DNA of 63,371 nucleotides, the filler included, from Asterionella formosa (taxonomy: Eukaryota): NCBI GenBank assembly GCA_002256025.1. It is 24 parts of 24 records of this genome, joined end to end, with 100 filler letters (N's around TTAATTAATTAA, not from the genome) between each part and the next. Parts side by side here need not be neighbours in the genome. Positions count along the whole stretch, not along the records: positions 13,311 to 15,865 come from NKIB01015131.1; positions 15,966 to 18,513 come from NKIB01015132.1; positions 18,614 to 21,161 come from NKIB01015133.1; positions 21,262 to 23,809 come from NKIB01015134.1; positions 23,910 to 26,455 come from NKIB01015136.1; positions 26,556 to 29,098 come from NKIB01015137.1; 18 more parts are not named here. One strand, given 5' to 3'. The notes below the pieces were generated by a model. It saw nothing but the letters and a program-made list of their open reading frames with translations. It did no database searches and was not told the DNA's origin. Made by a program: the position numbers and the translations under genes. This document shows, piece by piece, positions 14,302 to 27,089 of the stretch; the first letter of the stretch is position 1, and every line of letters begins with the position of its first letter.

Positions 14302-14446
14302 ATATAGGATCTGGCAAGAAACTGCAAAAAGGAACTTCAGTTTTTAAACTATGCTATAAAGACAAGAAATTTCGGGGGAAATCACTTTATTTGGCATAAC
14401 AAAAAAATCGAAGTTCCTTTCTGCAGTTTCTGGCCAGAACTTATAT
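14302..14446. mobile_element. About 145-bp palindromic MITE-like element bounded by TATA
   Basis: 14302-14345 (ATATAGGATCTGGCAAGAAACTGCAAAAAGGAACTTCAG) is an imperfect inverted repeat of 14403-14446. Confidence 0.6.
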
Positions 14447-16276
14447 ACTCATGCTATTTGAAGGTTACCTATGTATCTAAATCGCCTTCAGACCCAGCCA
14501 ATGTTGAGCTATCATCATCCGAAAATTCGACAAAATCGGCCTTTTCTACGGTCTCCAAAATATCGGAATCAGAACCACTTAGCGCCGAAACGTCATCATC
14601 ATCTGAATCAGAGTCTTGTGATGCAATATTTAATCTTAAAATATCCTGTACCAAAGATTCCATTGTCAGTGCGTGCAGTATTATATACGTTCTGATTGGC
14701 TATTGCGAAATACTTACCTCCATTTGATTATGCAAGGAATTGAAAACCCACACAGACAACATTGGATACAAATGTAACATTTCCTTTGGCGTACCGGTAG
14801 GCCGGTACATTATCCAGTATGGGTACCAGTAGATGATCATCATTGGAACTCATATGTGTACCACTCGTTGAGTACACTTTCAAATATTTGCTGAGCTGCT
14901 GGGTCATATATACTAAGAAAAATAATTGTTTGTATATACATATATAGCGATGTACAATGTATATATATATATATTAAGCGATTTCAAAAAGGAACCTAGT
15001 ATGTACGCGCAAATTTCCACTGATTTGAATATGTCAAATGGAATCATGTAATTCAAAAATAGCCCCTATAAATTCTTAGTTCCAGGGAATTTCGGCAACC
15101 CTAGGCAATATTTTAATTTTTGCCCAAGGGTTGAAATACAGGAACCTTAATGCCATATCAGAGCTCAAATTCGCTTTGACGAAACGATACTTGCGTGTAC
15201 TTTTCAAGAAGCACACGAACTTCGCAAAAGAACGCCAACTTCTCAGAAGTAGGCAAACTTCGCAGAAGAACTTGCAACTAGAATTTCGCATGATATTTTT
15301 CATGTGATGATTCACAATCATATAATTAATGTAAGACGAAACTATTTAATATTAGAACTGCCTAATTTCTTTCAAAGTTCAAGATGCACTCAATATTTGA
15401 AAAATTCATTGTGACATACAACTTGATTTTAAAAACAATACAAACATGTATGGTGTCAATGTGTTAAATTCTTTTAGTCTGGCTGCAATGCTAGCTCAAT
15501 CCAGACAACCTAAGCTCCGTGTACTAAAACGTTCTGTTTTAATCCCACCTTATTGTGAGCTTTTTTGATCTATCTTGTAATCATTCATACAAACAAACCA
15601 GCAATTATTAAAATTCTCTTTCCAAATTTGTACATAGATATTAATGGTGTTGTTAGACAGCCATTCAACTCTCAACTGACAACTCAACTCCACTTACTTA
15701 GTAGAACAATTGTGAATATTCAATGCTATCTGAATTGTATATATACCTTTCCTTCAGTGAAATATTGATTACTTAAAACATTCTCCTTTCAAATATTTAC
15801 CTTGGTTTGCTTATATAGTTCTTGGCAATCACATGCTGTTCAAATTCTCACAGTATTTTAATACANNNNNNNNNNNNNNNNNNNNNNNNNNNNNNNNNNN
15901 NNNNNNNNNTTAATTAATTAANNNNNNNNNNNNNNNNNNNNNNNNNNNNNNNNNNNNNNNNNNNNATGGTAAGGATGATTGTTGATATGCTTCATGCACC
16001 CACTTGCCAACAACCACATCGCTTCGATTTTCTCCATCAATTCATGCCCAATAGCACTCCGAAGATTTGCAGTCGATAACACACACTAATTCGAATAGAT
16101 ATTTAGTTTAGCATTTCAAATTTAATATTAAATGTTTTGTTCCGTACCTATTTTGTCCTCATTAGGGTTGGTTGTTGCTTGCATCCTCACGAATCATGTC
16201 GCGATATTTCTCGAGATCCATTTCGTTCTGTTTTTCTCAATCAATTCAGGGCAGATTGCAATCAAACAATTTGTAC

Positions 16277-16470
16277 ACTGTCAAATTCTTAAGGAGGTTT
16301 TATCAAGTGCTGCTGAGGACGAATTAGCTGCTTTGTTCCACAATCATGGCAAAGAGGCATATGCTATTCGCAACATTCTTGTTGAGCTTGGTCATCCCCA
16401 ACCTTCTACCCGTATTGTCACCGATAATAGCACTGCCAGTGGCATTGCCAATTAAACCGTCCGCCAAAAA
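16277..16470 (+). mobile_element. Short Ty1/copia RNase H fragment embedded in another element
   Basis: Translates as CQILKEVLSSAAEDELAALF..IRNILVELGHPQPSTRIVTDNSTASGIAN. Confidence 0.8.
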
Positions 16471-16479
16471 CACTCCAAA

Positions 16480-18025
16480 GATTCTTGCTATTTCTATTGC
16501 TGAATTCGCAATGCTCTTTACGTAGTTGGCCCCCTTCGGTAAATCAGGATGAATCAATAAAGACAAAGGTGAATCCTTACTCTGTGATACATGCCCAATC
16601 TTATTAGGGACACCTGATATAGTCCATAGACCATTTGATGATAAAGCAGAGACTTGAACTTTAACAGGAAGGGCTTGGGAATGGATCTTGTTAGTAGGCA
16701 ACATTCCCAAATTATCAGGTGACCTACTAGGCAACATCATTGTATCCGGAATCATTCCTTCGAAATCAATTTCTGTTGAAATACCCTCAGTTACATTGAT
16801 GGTATTTTCTCTACTCATCTTCTTTTGTTTGTTTTCTGTATGTAATGAATCACTTACAAAAACAATTTTTCGTGCCAAGGCAGACTGCCTTGTTTCAGAT
16901 GACCTTGTTAAAATGTCATGCTTTAATCGATGTAATTGTCCGTTGACACGCTTACTGGGTCGTTTCAATTTGTCTTTCAAAAAAGACTCCAAATATCCAC
17001 CAAAGAAATTAAAAGGAGATCCGAACTTCCTAATCAGATGAGGGTAATGTTTCATTCTGTGACATTTTGCCATTCGTAACCCAATTTGAGATATCATTTC
17101 CCATTGGGGACCAATCATAATCTTAGTAACTGACATAAATCCTCTCTTTACCCTTTCCTCTAAAATATCAACACATGTTGATGTATACTGTGGTATGAAT
17201 AAAGTGTCATTGATAGATATACATAACCATAACAGCAATGTGAAATCCTTTTCTAGGTGCATGTTCTCTGAACCCATCTTGCCCTGACATTTTCGACAAA
17301 GCTGTCATCCCAGATCTGTAGTATTTTGACAATTTTGGAATATCACGATCGCTTTACCTTTCCAAATGACTATTGATATATCTAGCACTTTGTTCGAAGT
17401 ATAGTATAGTTTCGAAAATACATTTCTGGTGCTGGTACAAGTGTTGGGTGTTGATTTTTGCCAGTTTAGATATTTTTGGAAACTGGTGCGTGTGTCCTTT
17501 TTGGTCTTTGCCCGATTCTTCGGTTGCTCTTGATCAAGAAAAGCAGAGTCTGTTGTTTCAGTGTATTTGATTGGTCAAATGTTTTCCACCAGCTAATGTT
17601 GGTGGAAATGAAATATTCATGCTTTTTTTCAAAGTCTGGTAGGATGGAGCTTGATACCTTCTTCCATCAAAATATCTCATTGCTTTTGCCTTGAACAGCC
17701 ATTTCATTAAATGATCAAAGTAAACTGGTGGAAGGTAATTCTTGTTGAGGAATAACATGAGTTCTAATTCAATTGGATGCATGTTCAGAGAATGTTTACT
17801 TGGAAGTTGAAATTGAGGAGGAAGGGGCATTTCCACTGCATTTTCAGGGAGAAAGCCGGTGCGATCTTGAAAATCTGAATATTGCATGGTTTCTGAATTC
17901 AACCCTTGGAGAGTTTTAAGTCTCAATTGTTCGTGCTGTTGTGACTGAAAATTGTTATAAACTGAATCGTCGCTGTCTTCATGAAATGAATGATTGTTGT
18001 CACTTGATTCAAGGATAGCACACAT
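16480..18025 (-). mobile_element. Degenerate, internally deleted Plavaka/CMC-like DNA transposase
   Basis: N-terminal ELELMLFL..LPPVYFDHLMKW and C-terminal KCHRMKHYPHLIRKFGSPFNF.GG.LESFLK..LKRPS resemble the KxH..H..I..FG.P.N..ES motif of Plavaka-type transposases (recognised by eye). Frames are broken. Confidence 0.55.
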
Positions 18026-18613
18026 AATCTCTTCTTGTCAAAAACATTTTGCACTCGCCAAAGGATATTATCAATTGATCAATGAACTCAATCACTACAA
18101 GGGTCGTAATTCGGTTCAAAACTCGCCCATACGAGGTTATCAAGACACTTCAATTTCAGCAGCCTTATCAGAGCGTCGTTCTCGGTTAGCTAATTTTGAG
18201 CCATCAATTGTCACAAAGGTTGTGAGTTTTATTTGCTTTCAAGACCAAGAAGTTTTGCTATGAACATGTAAGTTAGATGTTATAGTTCGTGAATTGCAGG
18301 TACTGTAAAACAGAATATCAATCTAATGTGCTTTTTTCTGGTCCCAAAAGAGAATCAAACATCCCGCCCTGCCTATCTGGTCCAAGTAGTATGAAAGGCA
18401 TTTCCAATCACAAACAGGATTGGTTTGCCCAATGTTGCTTGCCTATCTCGGCTATACACAGTGAAACCGGAGTTAGGCAAAGAAGTGGAGAGTGACCCAG
18501 GGCTTGCCAATTTNNNNNNNNNNNNNNNNNNNNNNNNNNNNNNNNNNNNNNNNNNNNTTAATTAATTAANNNNNNNNNNNNNNNNNNNNNNNNNNNNNNN
18601 NNNNNNNNNNNNN

Positions 18614-20009
18614 ATTCACGGTTGTACCAAACCTTACCCAAATTGGGAAAATCTCCTACCATGTTGGAGTCCTGGTAGCCCCCATTTGTGAGCGCCCTGA
18701 GTACGTAAGGGCTACGCCGGATGTTGCTGAGCATGTCGGCATTCTTGAACACGGAGATTGTCGACTGCGAGTCGAGAAGGATCCACTTGGGATCAATCCC
18801 AGGGTCGCCGGTCTGTGCAAGCATGTATGCATACTGCGTCAATGTAGTGCCTGAGGTCGTCGATCCCTGCCTGTCAGGGCAGTCTCCCGCGTAGTGTCCT
18901 AGGCTCTGGCAGTTGTAACAGATGATGCCATCATGTAACACTCCATTGTTTCCTGCGATTTCGCCACGTTGCGCAAACGTCATTGCACTGGCCTCAGGGC
19001 TTCCAGTCGGCTGGGAGCGTGGTGTGTCTGTCCTGACGCTGGTGTTCGTTGGAGTTCTGTAGTTGACGAGAAGGCTTTGGGCTGACAATAAATCGGTGGG
19101 GTACTGATCAATTCCCATTGCATACTGGTTCGACAGGTCAGTAATGAGGGTGCCATACCTGGTGGGGTCAGCACTTCGAATCAAAGCGATTGCAAGGGTG
19201 CGTTCGCGTGCGATCTCCTTTCGCTCTTCAGTGCTACGCCCATTCCCGTCCTGATCCTGGAAGGGTACCAGTTTGTAATTTGCTGCCACGGTGCCACCAT
19301 GGTACTCGATGGTCTCAGCCCATCCTCGCAAACACTCGACGTAGTCTTCTGCAGACTGTCCTTGTAACTGACGACAATTGAGGAAGCTGGTCTGGGCGTC
19401 CAAAAGTGCAATGAAACCGTTCCTGCTCTGATCGAACTGTAGAGTAATTGACTTGATCTGTTTTAGAAGCCAAAAACAATCGTTGTTGACAGTCTTGTCC
19501 TTGTAGTCATCGTGCGTTTTGATCTTTGCCTTCATGTCATCACTACACTGGCCCCAAATCACCGCATACACTGTTGCTAGGTTGCTCTTCAGGGTATGAT
19601 TGCGCTTGACATACGTTTTTACTTCTTCTGCGAAAATCATTTTCATGGTCAGTCCTGCATCGTCATCTAGGTCATCTGGCATGTCTACCATGGGAACCGC
19701 CATGGTGTCGGCAAACAAAGGGGCAAGGTCTTCAGAGTACTTCAGTGTTTTCCTCACATATCCGTCTAGAACTTCTAACGTTTTGGCGTACTGGCGTCTG
19801 TCGCTTTGTTCTTCATAGCATTCAAATACGTTTCCGTTCATGCCCTCTGTGCTACCCTTAAAAATGCCACGGTTGTTGCTTGTCGCTTGTGTCCTTGCCC
19901 GGCCGCCACGGCTCCCACGCGGACGGTTGTCCCTTCGCCCTCTCCCACCGGTGCTGCCGCGTCCACTCGCTAAGCTGCCGCTTGTCGTTGCGTCTGGGGT
20001 GGCGCTCAT
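18614..20009 (-). mobile_element. Ty1/copia (CoDi-like) gag-protease ORF, truncated at contig end
   Basis: RG-rich N-terminus, YAVIWGQCS, zinc knuckle CYNCQSLGHYAGDC, protease WILLDSQSTISVF; open frame of more than 460 codons. Confidence 0.88.
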
Positions 20010-20099
20010 GGGGTTCGTTGGTTCCTTGATTGGTGGCTGCGGCCTTCAGCTGCGCTACTCGAATCTATAAAGTGTTCAAAAAACTTGATTAGATTAAAA

Positions 20100-20817
20100 T
20101 GTTGAAACTCCAGCCTTCCATGTGAATGGCTGTTCCTTTTGTTTTATTTTATCTCGAAACAATGTTGTAACAACTACCGTATTCGACCGTATCGTAGGCC
20201 TTGAACCTAGTACTGTGTTAATCGAATACAGTTGATGAAATTGATAGCAACGAGGAAGTTGTCAAACTTAAACTTTCACTTTACTAACTGGATTGTTTCG
20301 AGATAATGGTCTCGAAACACTCTTATTACTCACACTGCATTTTAACACCATGTACTCTGTCTCCACTACCAGGTAGCTTCATACCGTCGTCTGGTACCAG
20401 GGTATCTGCTACGGTGGACTTCATTTGCGGTACAGTATTGTTGAAAGGTCTCGTACTCCTTCCCGTCTGACGGGTTCCTCTTACGTAGAACTTACCTGCT
20501 ATACCACTAGTATTGTTATCTTCTTTCTGCTGCTAGCCTTCGTGCTAGTTTTCGCAATTGACCTTACTCTGTCAATTCTCACTGTTTCTTAATTATAAGA
20601 TTAAACTAAAACTAAGTTTCAATCCCATTCATCACACTTCGAGAACCTGTTCTTCGTGTTCCCTTTTCGTTGATGTAAACCTTCTTCTGATTGATCTAAG
20701 ACATCAATCTCGTTAGCAAGCTTCTTGACATGGGAACGCACCATTTGACTCATTGGACTATAGTCGAGTCCACAGTCCTTGTGACTCATTATAGCCATTG
20801 ATGCTATATTCTTGACA
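20100..20817 (-). mobile_element. Putative LTR
   Basis: On the minus strand a polypurine tract (AACGAGGAGGA) is followed by TGTCAAG at 20817. The candidate end ...TTTCAACA at 20100 is uncertain. Confidence 0.5.
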
Positions 20818-21161
20818 TCCTCCTCGTTACCATGTTCAAGAAGTTCTAAAATTGTACCACTCAGCACGGGTCCAGATAACCTTGTAAAAATCTGCTCTTT
20901 GACATTCTTCGTCAAAATGTCTGCTGGATTGTTTTCTGATCTTAGAAAAACAATATGCAACTCACCCTCATCTATCATGTTCTTGACATGATGAAACTTA
21001 ATATCAATGTGTTTTGTTCTTGTTCCAAGTTGTTGATTCTTCGCTGTGAATATTGCACCTGTATTATCCTCATGTAAAATGCTTGGTAGGATATTTTTGC
21101 CACCTGTCACTTCGTTGAGTAACATTGCAATAAATTTAATCTCTTGAGCACATTGCGACAT
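20818..21161 (-). mobile_element. Ty1/copia RNase H C-terminus plus PPT
   Basis: Motifs ILHEDNTGAIF..RTKHIDIKFHHVK..SENNPADILTK. Confidence 0.9.
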
Positions 21162-21261
21162 NNNNNNNNNNNNNNNNNNNNNNNNNNNNNNNNNNNNNNN
21201 NNNNNTTAATTAATTAANNNNNNNNNNNNNNNNNNNNNNNNNNNNNNNNNNNNNNNNNNNN

Positions 21262-23670
21262 ACGTCCTCCAGATAAGGTCACTATGTCATTTCATAACAA
21301 AACCACTCAATTTGGTTATCATGGTTTACCAATATTGATTCCCCTACAACTTCATCAATATTCAATCAACACACCATGTTGAACGTCTCAATTCATTGTC
21401 TCATAGTATAGAATAAGGGAATATCAATATGTCATTCATAAAACAAGGAACATCCTCGAGATGAGGTCACTATGTCATTTCATAACAACACCACGAACAC
21501 CATTTGGTAATCATGGCTGGTTTACCAATACTGACTCCCCTTTAACTTCATCAAAATTCCATCAACTTGCCTTGTTTAATGTCTCTATTCACTGTCCAAT
21601 AGTATAAAATAGGGCACTATCAATATATAATCTATACAACAAGAAACATCCTCCAGATGAGGTCACTATGTCATTTCATGACAAAACCACACCATTTGGT
21701 AATGATGGTTTCCCAATACTGATTCCCCTATAACCTCATCAATAGTCAATCAACACAACCTGTTGAACATCTCAATTCATTGGCTCATATATTAGATTAG
21801 GAAACTATCAATATGTCATTCATACCACTTGGAACGTCCTCTAGATGAGGTCACTATGTCATTTCATAACAAAATCACACCATTTGGTAATCATGGTTTA
21901 CCAATACTGACTCTCCTATAGCTTCATCAGTATTTAGTCAACCCACCTTGTTAAACGTCTCAATTCACTGGCCCATAGTATAGAATAAAGTATTATCAAT
22001 AAATAATTAATACAACAAGGAACGTCCTCCAGATAAGGTCGCTATGTCATTTCATAACAAAACCACTGAATTTGGTTATCATGGTTTACCAATATTGATT
22101 CCCCTACAACTTCATCAATAGTCAATCAATTCATCCTGTTGAACGTCTCCACTCATTGGCTCATAGTATAGAAATAAGGTTCTATCAAAATATAATTAAT
22201 ACCACAAGGAACATCCTCCAGATGAGGTCACTATGTCATTTCATGACAACACCAGACCAATTGGTAATGATGGCTTCCCAATATTGATTACCCTGTCACT
22301 TCTTCAATATTCAATCAACACACCATGTTTAACGTCTCTATTCACTGTCCAGGAACTGTCAATATATAATTTATACAACAAGAAACATCCTCCAGATGAG
22401 GTCACTATCTCGCTCATTTCCTAACAAAACCACTCAATTTGGTAATCATGGTTTACCAATACTGATTCTCCAATAACTTCATCAATACTCCATCAACCCA
22501 CCTTGTTAACGTCTCTATTCACTGTCCAATAGTATAAAATAGGGCACTATCAATATATAATCTATACAACAAGAAACATCCTCCAGATGAGGTCACTATG
22601 TCATTTCATGACAAAACCACACCATTTGGTAATGATGGTTTCCCAATACTGATTCCCCTATAACATCATCAATAAACAATCAACACATCCTGTAGCAACA
22701 CACCATATTGAACGTCTCCACTCATGGGCTCATACTATTGAACAAGGGACTACCAATATATCATTTATACAACAAGAAACATTTTCCAGATGAAGTCACT
22801 ATGTCATTTCATAACAATATCACACCATTTGGTAACGATGGTTTCCCAATACTGACTCCCCTATAACTTCATCAATATTTCATCAACCCACCTTGTTAAA
22901 CGTCTCAATTCACTGGCTCATAGTATAGAATAGGGTACTATCAATATATAATTAATACAACAAGGAACGTCCTCCCAATAACGTCACTATGTCATTTCAT
23001 AACAAAACCCCCATTCAATTTGGTAATCATGGTTTACCAATATTGATTCCCCTGTAACTTGATCAATATTCAATCAACCCACCTTGTTAAACGTTTCAAT
23101 TCACTGGCCCATAGTATAGAATATGGTACTATTAATATATAATTAATACAACAAGGAACGTCCTCCAGATGAGGTCACTATGTCATTTCCTGACAAAACC
23201 ACACCATTTGGTAATGATGGTTTCCCAATACTGATTCCCCTGTAACTTCATCAATATTCAAACAACACACCATATTAAACGTCTCTATTCACTGGCTCAT
23301 GGTATAAAATAGGGCACTATCTTATACAACAAGAAGGAACGTCCTTCAGATGAGGTCACCATGTCATTTTCTAACAAAACCAATCAATTTGGTAATCATG
23401 GTTTCCCAATACTGATTCCCCTTAAACTTCATCAATACTTTATCAACACAGCCTGTTGAACGTCTCAATTCATTGGCTCATAGTCTAGACTAAGGGACTA
23501 TCAATATGTCATTCATACCACAAGGAACGTCCTCTAGATGAGGTCACTATGTCATTTCATAACAATACCACACCATATGGTAATAATGGTTTACCATTCC
23601 TGATTCCCCTTTAACTTCATCAATAGTCAATCAACACATCCTGTTGAAGGTCTCAACACATTGGCTCATA
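21262..23670. repeat. 188-bp satellite array, about 13 diverged monomers
   Basis: The (A/G)CTATG anchor of GAGGTCACTATGTCATTTCATAAC recurs at 21281, 21469, 21665, 21853, 22041, 22230 and on to 23546; modal period 188. Confidence 0.95.
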
Positions 23671-23809
23671 CATCTAAGCCGTGAAATACGCCACTTTTCG
23701 AAATTTCGTCTACGTATGAGTGTTAATTATGTGGTACTTCACATGCATTAATGCCACTCTTCACGTAAAAAAGATTACTTTTAACGGTTTCATGTGAAGT
23801 TTTAACGGT
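23671..23809 (+). mobile_element. CATCTAAG-terminus element (type A end) inserted into the satellite
   Basis: The satellite monomer breaks at ..GGCTCATA|CATCTAAGCCG; the following sequence is near-identical to 36470 onward. Confidence 0.75.
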
Positions 23810-23909
23810 NNNNNNNNNNNNNNNNNNNNNNNNNNNNNNNNNNNNNNNNNNNNTTAATTAATTAANNNNNNNNNNNNNNNNNNNNNNNNNNNNNNNNNNN
23901 NNNNNNNNN

Positions 23910-25309
23910 GTGGCAGGGCTTGTAGTGGGCACAGGACTTACTGGACTTAATGTTGGTTCTGGGCTTGATTGCGACGGTCCAGTTGTTGTTCCAGGACTAA
24001 CAGTCGGCGTTGGATTGAGAGCGGAATCAATTGAAACATCAGTTTGGTAGCAGATGTTTTCCAGATTTGCTGTTTGATTTGCTGTCGGCGATGAGCCTGG
24101 TTTGGATCCTTGCACGTTGATTCCATTGGAGTTACCATCTGCCAGAAAATAGTAATTGTTTTGCAACACAAGGGGCAATTCCATAAAATTTGAATTTTGC
24201 CATGTGCTACTCGAAAGGCGATTGACAAAGGTTACATATTCGGACTGATCCAAATAGTCATTCTGATTCCGATCCGATATCGTCAAACTAATAGTACACG
24301 TTGACAAGGATGTTGTGGGTAATGGAGTGGTTGTCGTTGGTATTGGAATGGATGTTGTGGGACCAGATGCCGACGTCGTTGGAACATTCGTTGGCATTGT
24401 GGTTGGACTAACCGACGAACTGGTTGGAACATTTGTCGGTGCAGCTACTGGACGAAGTGGCGAAGTCGTTGGTATTCGCGTTGTGGGCACAGCGGTCGTC
24501 GGAGTTGCTGCCACTGGAGATCCTCCTCCCAAGGCAGCACCAATGGCCGCGGATGTACTCGAGCAAACAGTATCCAAATGGGCTTGTTGCTCCGACGTCG
24601 TGTTAACTCCTGGCTTTGATCCCATGACATCGATTCCGGCACCAACAGTGTACAAAGTAAAGTAATTTTCTTGCAAAACGTCCGGTAAAGTATCAAAGGA
24701 ACTGCCAAAGGCATTTGACGACAATCGATTGACAAAAACAATATATTCTGTTTGATCTAAGAAATCATTCTTGTCCCGATCCGCAATGACCATGGCAATT
24801 TCACATTGTGTAAGTGACGGTGTTGGCGCTGGCGTTGCTTGTCGAACGGACACTTGCGATTTCGTTTCGTAACTCGATGATAAGACTCGACGAATTGTCC
24901 TTTCCAATTGCGTGCAAGTATCGTTCAAGAACTGTACATCGGAAAGGGTCGGAGTTGAATACGGAGATGCTCCTGTAATATCGATGGTGGCATCGCTGTT
25001 GCCGCAGCAATCGCTCACACGGCTGCTTCTGATACTACTACTGCTACTGCTACTGCTACTGCGGCATCGACATCTCAAGTCTTCGAATGTCTGTTGCAAT
25101 ACCAGCGGAATATTGCTGAAGTACTCATCAAAGATATTCAAGGCGCGCCCAGACATAATGTCTGTTGCAATAACATACTCCGATTGATCCAACCGATCAT
25201 CTCGATTGAGATCAGAATGATACAACACGACGGTACAGTTGGATGCTTGAGACGATGTGGGCACTGCCAATAGTCCAAGCAGGAGCAGGGTTATCCGACG
25301 TCTCATCAT
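23910..25309 (-). CDS. Secreted/cell-surface protein with three Cys-flanked EF-hand-like domains and Pro/Thr-rich linkers; 3' truncated
   Basis: Signal peptide MMRRRITLLLLGLLAVPTSS. Repeats SDLNRDDRLDQSEY, ADRDKNDFLDQTEY and SDRNQNDYLDQSEY, each followed by LP.VLQ..(F/Y) and I.(I/V).G..P. Confidence 0.8.
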
Positions 25310-26743
25310 CGTATTTTCCTTTATTTCTGGGTGCGATTTTGCAATTATTTCCTCCCTTCAGACACACTTCTTTGCTGCGACGAGGTGCGCACTGTGCTCA
25401 CACCTATGACACGATTAAAGCAGTAGGTGGACGACGCCTGCGAGTATTTCTTCTTGTCGAGGCTGGGGAGGGGCGGACATACATATAGGCATGGGAAAAT
25501 ACAAACGACGCCCCCGGCGCTGCGCCAACTGCCCTTCATAGAAAACATGGACCACATAAATATTTCACATCTTCACTTATTGCATTAGGCAGTCAATAGT
25601 AGAATTGCCCATTCGATATTTCTCATGTTGTTACATTCTTGATGACCAGATTTCAATAGCCCCCTAATTTTGCCTGCCGAAATAGACTGCCATTATTTCT
25701 GTGTGAAAAAAGAGGAAGGGAGGAGGTTGCAATGAAATTATTTACTGAGAATGATCCGCATCATACATACTATGGATGGATGCAACGGTAACCGGTGCTG
25801 GTACTTAATTACTATTGGAAAACATTGTATACCGGTATTTCCGTTAATTATACGTAGCTATTATGTGACGACTAACGATGTACACAAGTCTGATGATGAT
25901 GGTTTCTTTCCCTACATACAGGACCCTTCTACAAAAAGTAATTAAAACTGGTCCCTGAACGTATATCTGTGTCAAATCTATTATCCTTGACCCTAACAAG
26001 TAACAATGCGACAATTTGTTTGCTTTGATGTGCTCAGCCAACATGGTGTTGGCTGCAGCTCTAGATCATCTTTGTCCTTTCACATGGAGCGCTTGTCGTT
26101 AAGGAGAAGATTTGGATGCCAGGGCAATAGCATTTCATAAGTTGACATACATTACTAAATATGGCCAAATAAATGGTTTCTCTCCTACTCCATCAGAATG
26201 CTGATGGATAATTACCTCTCCATAGCCACCCAAACAATTTTGACTTTCTGAAAAATGGCATTAACTGGTAACCATTCCTAGAGGTTGCAGTTCATGTGCA
26301 TCAGACCTCACATCTAAAGTGGTTACCGCCAGTTAAAGCCATTTTTATGAAAGTTAGTACATCCTGTGGATAACTTCGAAAATGTCATTGTCACATAGGG
26401 GTAACATTTTGTTCTTAAGTAATTTCTTTTTAATGTTATATTAGCCTATATGCAANNNNNNNNNNNNNNNNNNNNNNNNNNNNNNNNNNNNNNNNNNNNT
26501 TAATTAATTAANNNNNNNNNNNNNNNNNNNNNNNNNNNNNNNNNNNNNNNNNNNNCTTGCAGGCATCCGTCGACACGTCCAAGCGATCCCTCCAGTTCCC
26601 ATTAAACGACGGGGAGGGGTACTACCGGTACATGTGATACTGGGGAGCTGCGGAAAAAGACTGTTTTTACTACCGGTAGTAATAATAACAAAGGAAAGGA
26701 AAACTAAGCTTAATTGCTCATTTACCGTAGCTTGCCGCTGGTA

Positions 26744-26839
26744 CCTGCAGGTTGCGGTAATTGTGCTGAAACTAAATAATTATCTATCTTTATCCAATAT
26801 TAAATTGTTTATTTAAGCAAAATGACCGCAACTTCCAGG
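26744..26839. mobile_element. 96-bp MITE with TA target duplication (CCTGCAAGTTGCGG family)
   Basis: TA|CCTGCAGGTTGCGGTAATTGTGCTGAAA...TTTAAGCAAAATGACCGCAACTTCCAGG|TA. Confidence 0.7.
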
Positions 26840-27089
26840 TACCCGGAAGGTAAATGATTATTCAGCAACGGATCATGAGCAATAAGAGGAAATGCAGTCC
26901 CTTTGGTTGAAAACAATTGTGGTGATTTTTAACATTTCTCTGGGGCAATTTTGATTCCAACGATTTTCTCCAGCTCAATTGCCCTAATGTTGACCATCCA
27001 AAAAGCTACAGATCAATGAAAATATAAATGAACTCAATTTAAAATTGGCAACTTCATTTTTTTCTAAATTGTCTTTTTGAATTTCACTG

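Noticed and set aside
14469..14663. Acidic 64-aa ORF
   Set aside because: Low complexity and truncated; cannot be assigned, possibly a TE N-terminus.
21262..23670. Regularly spaced repeats as a CRISPR array or repeat-protein gene
   Set aside because: The whole 188-bp unit repeats with no unique spacers, there are no cas genes, and the period is not a multiple of 3 and contains stops.
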